A stretch of 64,000 bases of DNA from Tubiluchus corallicola. Its lineage: Eukaryota; Animalia; Priapulida. Below the pieces are notes generated by a model that had not been told where the DNA came from, ran no database searches, and was given only the letters and a program-made list of their open reading frames with translations. The translations under genes were made by a program, and so were the position numbers. Each line of letters starts with the position of its first letter. The stretch's first letter is position 1. This document shows positions 54,021-64,000 of the stretch, piece after piece. The stretch spans positions 744,001-808,000 of the forward strand of contig JAQGDQ010000044.1 in NCBI GenBank assembly GCA_030141605.1, read 5' to 3'.

Positions 54021-55426
54021 TTAAGAATTTAGTGCTCAGACATAGCTTTATTTCTCACACTTTTATGTATTATGTACCAGTTTGAAACTTCAACATTTTT
54101 CCAAAAATGCAAAAAGTGACAAATTTAGACAATATACAAGTACAGATTTAATTTATATATTATTTAATTGGTATGTCGGACACATGAAAATCAACATGTT
54201 TTTTCAAAATATTCAGCATTAGTCTTTTTGAGTTTGCCTTCAACTCATATTATTGTCATTTGTCTCTTACTAAAAAATCAGTTACGTTCACTTAAGAACT
54301 CAAATTAATTAGAAGCTTCTGAATAAACTACACGGGTTTCCTCTTTACGAAACATTAGAAAAACCACAAAAGCTTATGATGTTTTCTGGGACCATGATGA
54401 CGTGGCTTGATTCTGATTATGTAAGTAATCTGATTATGCTATGACGTATAATATAATATGGCTTGATGTATATAATTCTGATTATGCTATGACATGTATA
54501 ATATAATAAAGACAGATTTTACTATTGCGAGTCAGCAGAGAGATAGCTTGTAAAAGCATCAGTAGAAAGAAATGGAAAGCAAAATACGTTCAAATAAATA
54601 CAATCAAATTGAAAATATTCGTCATTTCTGACAACCAAAAATACGTGTATTATTGTGCTGACATGATAATAAAGATGACTGAGACATCAAATACACCTTG
54701 CAAGACTGAAGACAATTTCAGACAATATTACATACGCAATAGATTACATAGGTCCCCATATTGATTTGATTACTGAGTGTAATCCGTAATAGGATACCCT
54801 GAACCTAGACCTGTGTGTGCATTTTCAATGAAATCAAATAACATGTATCCCCTAAAATACAACCACAAACATAAATGCAGGCCATATGAGTGCTTGATAA
54901 AGACACATAGAAAACATATGTGCAACAGTAATACAAAAACTGTGCTTAAATCAAGTCATCTAAACCAAAAATCATTAGTATTCTTCAAGGTTATATACAG
55001 ATGTAACCAACATTTCACTAGTGGCACACAGTGTTTTCTAGGAACTTAATTTCTTAGTACAGATCTGTTTAGAAGTTACGAAAATATCCCTAGTCTATTG
55101 CTTCAGACTTAAAAGTAATTTTTTATAATATCAACTTATACAGGAACTATTCTTCAAGAAATGGACTATGACCCCCCTATTGTTTGGAAAGCTTCTCGGA
55201 TCTTATCCTAAATACTGCACATTTCAAGCAATTTGTGAGACAAATTGTGGTCATCCCCAATAACAGAACAGGTTTGAATAAGAGCCTGGCATATGACACT
55301 CTGTGCCATCACCTTTGCAGAAAATGCTAAAATTAAAATTATTTACACAACTATAGCTATATGGAAAAGGGAAGAGTTAAGTGGTGTAGCCACGACTAAG
55401 CTTGCATTACAAGTAATGGGTTTAAA

Positions 55427-55547
55427 TTAGTCGAGAATGACGACTTGATCCGAGCGTCCAAAACCGGGAGTTTTCACGTTCACTCTTCGCCACGGTTTGC
55501 GAGCGATCTTTCTCAGTTCGATTCCAGTCAACTGTTTACGAACTTTC
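55427..55547 (-). CDS. MTA: MTA family protein, terminal coding exon
   Basis: Acceptor ttcttatttttAG; (R)KVRKQLTGIELRKIARKPWRRVNVKTPGFGRSDQVVILD*, with TAA at 55427-55429. Matches the second RBBP4-binding repeat and the MTA-like terminus. Confidence 0.88.
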
Positions 55548-55685
55548 CTAAAAATAAGAAACAGCTCGAGCATAGGATACAAAACGCGATGAATATACAT
55601 CTACTGCTTTTAAATTTTAATATTTCTATTGTTTATAACACAAGTATGTCAACGAAATCTGGTAAAAAAATTCCATGTAACAAAC

Positions 55686-55914
55686 CTAGTATTATCAGTA
55701 GCATGGAAGTAGACATCATCGGGAGCCTCAACCCAGTTCAGTAAGTGTCTTTTTCCTGCGCGGTTCATCGAGATTTTATCCCGTCCGTTGAATCCATGTG
55801 CACCCATTCCCATCATAGCCTGCAGTCGCTGGGCACCGTACACGGCACTGGGACGCTGGAGAATTTGCCCAGTCTGAGGACTAGGAGCCAACACAGGACG
55901 CTTTGCTGGATGAC
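55686..55914 (-). CDS. MTA: MTA family protein, penultimate exon
   Basis: (G)HPAKRPVLAPSP...RHLLNWVEAPDDVYFHATDNT(R); AG at 55915-55916 and GT at 55684-55685; phases fit both neighbours. Confidence 0.88.
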
Positions 55915-57807
55915 CTATTAAAACAAAAAAGCAATGACTGTTATGGGCGATGTGACATTAATTTGCAATATCATGTACCTAATAAGAGGCTTACAGCATC
56001 TTTAATATAACTGTCAACACTGGACAATGGTTTGCAGACAATCACTAAAATAACTTGGGAAATTAAACTTGTAAATGTAAGAAATGTAAAAATGTAAAGC
56101 CGAGAATCGAACATTTTATCGACTGTGTTCAACTGAATATAATCCAATTCACAATTCAATCCAACTAACAATTACGTTGAGTGTACGTACTCCCCTTTAA
56201 ACAAGAAAATTCTGTAACAATGAGCAACAGTCATTTTCCTCTGTAACCTATTGCATTTTTCATTATGACCGTCACTTGACCCCTGACTAGATCATCATCT
56301 AGCATTTCTTTGCTACTTGGTACAATGCAATGAAACGTGTCATACAGAAACAAATATATTCAGTTTTCAGCAACATGATGGTCACCTCGTATAAGGTTTC
56401 TTTGCCGTCTTTTTCAATTATTGATTAAATACAGCGGATTGGTTGGCTATTTTTGTCAAACCTCAACTACATCTTCTCATGGTCCTTAAGAAAAACTGAT
56501 AAGCGATTGCCAATGTATTGACAAGCCAAGAAGGAACATGTAAGTTTTCGACAAGAGGCTGGTTAATAGTTGTACATTGATTTGCAGTTTTCCATCTGTC
56601 TTCAGGTCAGTCTTTTATCCTCTGTCCATTAGTGCTCACTTAACAGAATCTGATAAATGCTTGACAGAGTTTGGACAAAATCGTTGACATGTTCTAGCGC
56701 AAAAGCATCCTAAGGAACATCTCATCGTTCAAGTTTCGGACAATTATTGAAAATGTAGGTTTTACTTTGAAGGCAAAAAATTTATAAGTACTTGGGAACA
56801 TAAAGCATAAAAACAATTTTTAATCGATGATAAATGATCTGAACGCTAAATGGAATAAAAAATTACAAAATCTTAACACTAAGTTAATTCAATACGAGCT
56901 AATCCCAAACACAACCCTTCATTTATCTAATAGTACAGTATTAATGGCAGTGAGGGGTGGGGCACTCATTTTAAGCTGAAATCTTTAATAACAATGTAAC
57001 TGCTGCTTACGATAATAGAAGCCGGGAGCTTAAATACAAAATTTTGTAGATTTATTCTATGAGTTAGCAATAAATTTAATACGAGCGCAGTACAGGGCGA
57101 ACTTGGCAAATAGCCCATTGGTATAAATATAATCTGTAGAATATAATCGGTATAAATAATTGGCTACTGGATAAGTCTAATCAATGTGATAAACAAAATG
57201 GAGAAAAAGTTTCACTGATATTTTAAGCTTAAATGTCCTGCCTTTACATCTATGAATAATGATGACAGACACTTGTTTTCGGCAGGAAGTGGCAATCAAA
57301 AAACATTACTAGTTGTTTGTAATTTAATACGCAAACGTTTTCTAAATAGGAAGGATTTACGGAATTTAATATTTATACATTTTATTGTTACCTGATTTTG
57401 TTAAAGTGTTACTTGTGTATGTATAGTTGGGTTTATGGCATACATCAGGGTTTGATGTTGTTTTATAATATGTTATGTATCAATTTGTACTTATATTTCT
57501 TTTTGGCATTTTGTACGTAATGACCATGCACTCTGATAAATACACTTTCATTCAATAAATTATTTAAAATATTCAGATGATAATTAGTGTGATAATAATT
57601 TGAATTTTTTTCTCTCGACTCAGTATTTCTTCCTCCATAGAATGGTGTTGGTCCCATGTAAAATTGTGGTTGTGTACGCAAGAGATAGAAAACATGTTTA
57701 TTTTTAAAAAAACAAAACAATTATTTTATCGTCTGTTTATCGTACCAACCTTGCCGTTTTAATTTTACTTTAGTCAAAATGATTAATCAGACAATAAACT
57801 TACTTAA

Positions 57808-58257
57808 AGGACAAAAAACTTTACTTACATAAAACTAAAAAAATCACCTTGAAATTTTGTATCACCTACATGCTGTCTTATTGCGTACAGAGCTTGTATT
57901 AGCAGCATCGCTAGATAAAACTTGAAAACTCCCGCGACGACCATCAGGTACAGCCATTTTAATGGCAGGTCATTTAAAATAAGTTGAAAAAATAATCAGA
58001 GCATTCGTAGCGCACATTTCACTAACTGAACAAAGGTACAAATTGCTGAAACTTGTCAAAAAGATTAAAAATAAGTTTTTTTTGGCGAGTTAGAAGTGCA
58101 AACTTGAAGGGTGAGCCAATGACATTTTACCAATTGGTGGCGAGAACACTACAATTTTCTTTCCCACTTACATACATTTTTCAACTAAGCATGATGCAAA
58201 GTGCTATAACTTTGTGTGGCAAGTTTTTTGGGATTTAAAACTGCTCGTTATTCCACT
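57808..58257 (-). mobile_element. Family B element, copy 3, in an MTA intron
   Basis: TTAA flanks; gagcattcgtagcgcaca and cagccatttt are reverse complements of family B motifs. Confidence 0.7.
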
Positions 58258-58324
58258 TTAATTTCAAGCACCAGACTGATCTACTCAATATCACATTCCA
58301 AGAAACTAATCTAAGGAAACTTAC

Positions 58325-58468
58325 CATCACCACCTGCATGATCAAATGCACGTTTCTTCATGATGGTGGGTGCCAAGTTACCAATACCTGTGCTGCCACC
58401 TGTAACCATTTCAGACATTCTCTGCAGTGGATCAGTTACAGAACGAGCAGGCCTGGCACTTTTACGCT
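58325..58468 (-). CDS. MTA: MTA family protein exon
   Basis: tttatttcAG ... RKSARPARSVTDPLQRMSEMVTGGSTGIGNLAPTIMKKRAFDHAGGD ... G|GTAAGT; 144 nt, phase 1-1. Confidence 0.82.
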
Positions 58469-58946
58469 CTGAAATAAATGTAAGAATTGCAATCACCAAT
58501 GCAATGCAATGCAGCAAACGTTAAATGATGCTCCAAGTCATAGGAAAAATCAAGCTGCACTAAGCATCTTGAACTCCCAGTAAGGTTCTTTTACCTTCTT
58601 AGATAAGCTACGTTTTGTCTAGGAATCGAGTGAATTCTACGAAAAACTGGAAAGCTAAATACAGAAATTTACAGTTTACAATGGCCCAGTCCATGAATGA
58701 ACTTCGACAAATGTAAAGCTTTTGCTTGCATTTAGTCAAAGTACTTCCTTAAGACTGACTAAGTCAACCACACAAGCAATCTCATCAGCCAAGACAGCTT
58801 TCTAGATGGATAAGCTACGCTCACTATTGAAAACAAAGTTCTTATTTGATGAAACATAATGATGTGAAATTTCCCCTTACTTGTCTAGTATTCGTGTTTC
58901 AAAAATTAGAGGTGGCAACATCCTTCAAATTAATTGACAAGCTTAC

Positions 58947-59117
58947 GTGATACGCGGTCCTCCCGAGGCATTATCGCAGCGGGCTTGACGGGCGTGTCCC
59001 GAGACTCTCTAGTTGCAGTTCCTCCGGTAAGAACGTCTGGTTTGCCAGTTGATAAATCTATTCCCAAGCGTGCCACAATGTCGTCTGTTCCTGATCGCTT
59101 CTTAGCAACCATCTTGC
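58947..59117 (-). CDS. MTA: MTA family protein exon
   Basis: KMVAKKRSGTDDIVARLG...MPREDRVS; AG at 59118-59119, donor GTAAGC; 171 nt, phase 1-1. Confidence 0.8.
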
Positions 59118-60655
59118 CTATAATTACGTAAACACTGTACATGTATTATGGTGCAACTGTGATAGCTTAACAAAATCTACGCAAGCATGTAACATTTCAA
59201 AATGGCCAACCAAACCTATAAGACGAATCAATGACTTGAATTAAAATACTACATTACGGAGAGAAATAAGGCAATTCAAAGAATCAACTAAAGGGTGGGT
59301 TGTGCTAACGCATTATCTATTTTACAGTTGACTTAAACCTGCCACTCTGTACGACAGAGTGGATGCTCGTACAAACACATTATCTGACTTCTGCTCTCAT
59401 CAAGGATTTGGATGGTTTCTAGATGAAGCTTACTCATGGAATGACCAGAATAGCAAAAACAGTTGCAGGTATAGTCTGGTTCTGAGGGTGCCCTCATCAC
59501 TGAGTTCACGTCGGTGTAACTTAAGCCAGCCACAAAAAAATTGTTTCTGTCTTACCTCATCAACTCAAAAGATGGCAGCAGGAAGGGAAGAAAATTTTTT
59601 TTTAAAGCTTTGTGAATGTGAATCGTGGAATATCAATTTCATTTGAAATTGAAGTTTGTTTACTTTCCACTGGTTAGTAGTAATGCTTTAAATTTTTTCA
59701 ATGCACATTTATCACGCTTTGATTTTTAGCTTTTTGTTTCACATTACTAAACTGTCGTACAGTATCAATTATCATGTAGTCTCTTTTTTGTATAGTACAA
59801 ATATATGATCTGATAATCACGCCTAAGCGGCAGTACTACTCGGGCGTTAATAGCCATTAATATGCTGATTAGGCAGAAAAAATTATACGTTCTAGCCTCC
59901 AATACAGTAATCAGCATCATACAAAATGGCAACCCTGGAGAGTTTGGCAACCCAAAAAACATGGATGCATCCTCGCTGAAATAATAATTATTGCATTTTA
60001 CATTTGAAATTAAAAAGAATGAGTCGGTGAGACTTAATAGGGAAAAGCTGGGAAGAAGAAGATTTGAAATTTAAAAAAATACTATTTTACATGAGTGTGT
60101 CAGTATATGAACATACAAAAACAATTATAAAATTACCCGGGTGATTAGATGGAAACAGAAGTATTTTTACTGTCGGCCTTAGGCATGAGAATCATAATTA
60201 TTAATCCCCTCCTACATGCTTTGCCCACCCTATTGTCACAAAGTTTGTTAGGCCAACATTAACATGTTGTTTTTTAGTTTTTTTATCTGCACCTGCGAGC
60301 GTTCAATGTAATAGTAGTATACTAGTACTTATAACTGTAGAACAGTAGCAGTGGGAAAGGCAGCAGCAACAATTACTGAGTTCATTGCCTTTTAAATGTC
60401 TACTTAAAACAATGTGGGAATCAAGAAATGGCTTCACTCTACCAATCTATAATTTATAAACTAATAGAAATGGCTTCACTCTACCAATCTATAATTTATA
60501 AACTAATAGACTATTTACTCAGCAAAATGAAATATTTGTTATGGCTTTCATAACCTTACTTTGAATAAAATGGATGTATCCATATAATCTGCTTAAAATG
60601 TATATGAAGTATGACTATCACACATTTTAATTAAACTGTAATTATGTTAACCAAC

Positions 60656-60931
60656 CTAAAGGTTTGTCTTTATCAGCAGCAATCCTAGCTTGGCATTCTG
60701 CTTTAATCGCTGCTGCATTGATTGGTTCAAAAGGTTTTCGCCCGGCGTGTCGAACTCGCAACATGTCACCACACACTCTCCGAGCAAGACGAGTCAGAGG
60801 TGTAGTGTGCAGGCAGAATGCTGCCCGAGTCTTTACAATGGGACGAGGACTCCCGGAGCGCATCGCGAAGCCATGCATAGCTGCACAGTGACGAACCAGC
60901 TGCGTGCGCATCTTAAACTCCTTTCCACAAC
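60656..60931 (-). CDS. MTA: MTA family protein exon (second half of C2H2 finger plus MTA_R1 region)
   Basis: CGKEFKMRTQLVRHCAAMHG...SGSPRPIVKTRAAFCLHTTPLTRLARRVC...RHAGRKPFEPINAAAIKAEC; 276 nt; donor AG|GTTGGT. Confidence 0.9.
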
Positions 60932-61312
60932 CTGCAAATGAACAAATTTGAACGTGCAATCATAAACCAGGACTATGAAACAGCCAAAAGACTAAACATG
61001 AAAATGATTTCTTTGTTGATTCAAGAAGCCAGAAAATCAATAATGTTTTGATGCAAAATAAAAATGTTTCTTTCACAAAAAGTGCGAATGAGAAAAAAAA
61101 TGAGAAAAACTGTGTTCTTTGTATTTATTTCCAGTCCTTTAAAACACTAGTTTTCATGAACTTTTTCAAGTATTTCCTAGCAAAAATTTGCTCACATATG
61201 CAAAAATACCTCCATAACTGTAGTTCATTCAGCCTATCAGCACATGTGAAAATAAAGAGAAAACCATTAATAATTATGCTGGAAATTTTGATAGAAGTGA
61301 GAGTTCAGTGGA

Positions 61313-61775
61313 CAGGGTTCCTACAGAATTTTAAAATAAATTTCCATGACCTCCGAAACTTTTACCTGACCAAATATAGATTTTCCATGACGAAGATAAG
61401 CAGAAACTGTATTACCAGTAAACGTAATTAAACATTTTTATGTGTGGACATTCATACATATACTGATATATAATGTGTCTGCACAATTGCAGTAGTGCTA
61501 ACGAAATGACACTAATTACATTAAATAAACTTTCTTAATCCAATCATTATTTTTGGCACAGAAATTGAAACTGGGAGCCTGCCATAGCAAAATTTTATTT
61601 GAATACGAATCGCTGAAAAATATGTTTGAAAAAATATCGGTCCATGGTGATTATTTTTGCAACGATTTCCAATTTCCCGGACTTTTCACCCCATTTTCAT
61701 CATTTTCCCTGACTTTTCCATGACTTTCCAGGATAGCCTGCATTTTTAAGGATTTTCCCTGACCGTGGGAACCTG
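61313..61775. mobile_element. MITE with CAGG(G)TTCC TIRs and 6-bp TSD, in an MTA intron
   Basis: cagggttcctacag ... ccgtgggaacctg; subterminal tttccatgac/tttccctgac repeats; agtgga on both sides (61307-61312 and 61776-61781). Confidence 0.8.
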
Positions 61776-61988
61776 AGTGGAGCATGCATGTGACGGAAAA
61801 GGAGAGTAAATATTTCTACTGACATTCATAAGTTCTTATCAAGGTTGTAGAGTTGTGTTTAATTTGACAAGATATATTCAATGTGAATTTTCTTTTATAT
61901 TTAAAATAAATCGAGTCCAAAAAATGTTGCATGATTTTAATAAGTAAAACTGAACTGTTACTGTCACCTTGAATAATTTTCAACTCAC

Positions 61989-62146
61989 CAAGAACACTGC
62001 ATTTATATGTCTGCATCTGCATCTGAGCAGCCTGATTTTCTGCCTGCTCTAATCGGGTTGGCATTTTCAGGCCTCCGTACTTCTTCCAGTATGTCCAGCA
62101 GTTGGCACAAACACGACAGTGCAGGTGCGATGCACCCCAAGCATAC
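61989..62146 (-). CDS. MTA: MTA family protein exon (second half of GATA-type zinc finger)
   Basis: (W)[33 protein letters not shown]...YKCSVL; cccAG acceptor, GTGAGT donor; 158 nt. Confidence 0.95.
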
Positions 62147-62925
62147 CTGGGAAAAAAAACGTAAATAAAAATAGTGAAGTTCAACACAATAATTGCAGAA
62201 GAATTTAAAGTCAACAAACTGATCATTAGTGCCTTGGAATATTTTATACAATTTGCCACTCAGTACGCCAAGTTCAAGCCACTAGTAACAAGGATTATGT
62301 ATTTTGACATGCATTTTTGAGGATAGAAGCTTCTCACAGTATCCTTTAAGATGAGAAATTGAACTGCTCATTTTTATTTATTTATTTTTAGTTATTACGA
62401 AAACACCAAACAACAATACAATATAGCAAAACACATTACGATGACAAGGTGTACATAAGATTATATAATTACATTAATTTCATAATAAAATTGGCATGAC
62501 ATGATATCATTAATGATGCAGGTGTTAGGGTGCAAAAAGGGAAGGTAAAAAATGATGGACTGATAGTGTAGGAGATGGGAATTAGTACGATTAGGTTAGT
62601 GAAATGATGTGGATTAGTTGAATATGAGATTGCTATTAAGACATTGCAAAAATATATATATATATTTATGAACAGAAGTACACTATCGGCCAGTCTGTCA
62701 CTCACTGTAAATCTGAACATACGCGTGAACATACTATACAAGGTCAACCTTTAATTCGCATTAAAGAATAAAGTTTTCAAACTTTTTTTGAATCTTGGTA
62801 ACGACGAAGTTGAATTAGTACTTGCAGGTATTTTGTTCCGCATGGTTATTGTCTCTTTACCACATTTGGAAGCACTTATCTCAAGAAATCTCTGACAGAT
62901 AAACCCAATTGCCAAAACAGCTTAC

Positions 62926-63129
62926 CACTGATGTGAAACACTGGTAAAGCAGCTTTCACACGCACGAGAATCGACACCCTCAAATCCATTTCTTTGGCCC
63001 TGAATTGCTGCAGGGTTAGGTTTGTTGTAGTTTGGAATGTACACTTGTTTCAACTTGCTTTCTGCCTCAACGGCTTTTACACGTTTCTGCTGTACATAAC
63101 GGTCTGTTGTTTTCCACATGTAGTAGTAT
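62926..63129 (-). CDS. MTA: MTA family protein exon (end of SANT, start of GATA finger)
   Basis: [39 protein letters not shown]...RACESC is diagnostic of MTA1/2/3; 204 nt with canonical splice sites. Confidence 0.97.
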
Positions 63130-63786
63130 CTGAAATAAAAAAATGGATCACATAGAGTATAAAAAAACATAAAATTTTGAATGATCACCCAACGAAAAGA
63201 TCGACGCTGGTCTCCACCAACTATGGCTTCGAACAATAACCTTTATTGAAAAATACTAAGCTAGAAAATTAATGCAGTGTTTGTGTTCTTTTTAAACAAC
63301 TTTCACTCTTATAATTTCCAAACACACTTTTTTATCAAAAAACCATTTTACCATATTTCCAAGAAACACTTAAGCTCTTAAAAGGTTTTTCAGACCTAAT
63401 ATTATATTACTACTCCTTGCAAAATAAAATTATGGATGTAAAATTGCAATCTAGCACCTGGATGTAAGGTATACCACTAATGTCACACAACTACATAAGG
63501 TAAAAGCAAAAAAACTAACCAGTTCTTCATAATTTTAATGGCTACTCAAGCATCTGTTTATCTTAAGCAACAATTCAATGAACAAACACTTCACAATTAA
63601 ATAGTACAGCAGGAAATAAAGTTAAGATTATATACTAAAGAGTGATTGCTCTGAGTTCTAACAATTTCTCATCATTGTTTCATCTGCCATATTGGTGAAC
63701 TGTTGACAAGTTGGCTTCTGGTAGTGAAATGTCGCAAATCTTAAATCTATAAACCAAATTTTCAACATTACTGTACATGCGCATAC

Positions 63787-63976
63787 TCTATAATGTTCTT
63801 TAAAGATTTCCATGGTAAGAAGTCTTGTCTAATGTCACCAAAATCTTTTCCGTATTTCTCAATGGCTTCTTCAAAAAGATTTGCTTCGGCAGCCGACCAC
63901 TCCTCCATTTCATCGCGACACAAGACTGGGCCACTTGGTGGCACAAGTGTTGAAATTGCCTTTGAGAGATCGTAAC
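63787..63976 (-). CDS. MTA: MTA family protein exon (end of ELM2, SANT domain); upstream exons lie outside the window
   Basis: [62 protein letters not shown](E); tttttatAG acceptor, GTATGC donor; 190 nt. Not present in the supplied ORF track. Confidence 0.97.
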
Positions 63977-64000
63977 CTATAAAAAATACACTCTAGCAAG

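Noticed and set aside
59333-59533. Additional constitutive MTA exon or intronic C/D snoRNA
   Set aside because: The flanking exons already join in phase, the best AG-GT pair gives 80 nt, and the TGATGA motifs lack a downstream CTGA D box.

Overview
AT-rich, intron-containing animal genomic DNA, probably from a protostome invertebrate. It is not prokaryotic, and no CRISPR array or operon is present. Two protein-coding genes lie on the minus strand. At the left is the first coding exon (TM1-TM2) of a SIFamide/NPFF-type neuropeptide GPCR (1965-2235; the rest lies beyond the left edge). At the right are the last eight coding exons of an MTA (NuRD subunit) gene (63976 down to the stop at 55427), which splice in frame with GT-AG sites. 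The ~53 kb between them has no credible coding exon and is filled with microsatellites, tandem arrays and transposon relics: TTAA-flanked Kolobok-like elements, hAT-type MITEs with TSDs, CR1/L2-group LINE ends and a Harbinger relic. The most notable items are a complete 5S rRNA-headed SINE with a two-part RTE-like body, (CAA)n tail and 12-bp TSD (20512-21080); a tRNA/5S hybrid Pol III head within an inverted repeat pair (37165-38720); a Penelope-type minimal hammerhead ribozyme fold (47326-47368); a MITE with a 6-bp TSD; and a 302-bp higher-order repeat built on a microsatellite. Family assignments come from recalled motifs, not database searches.
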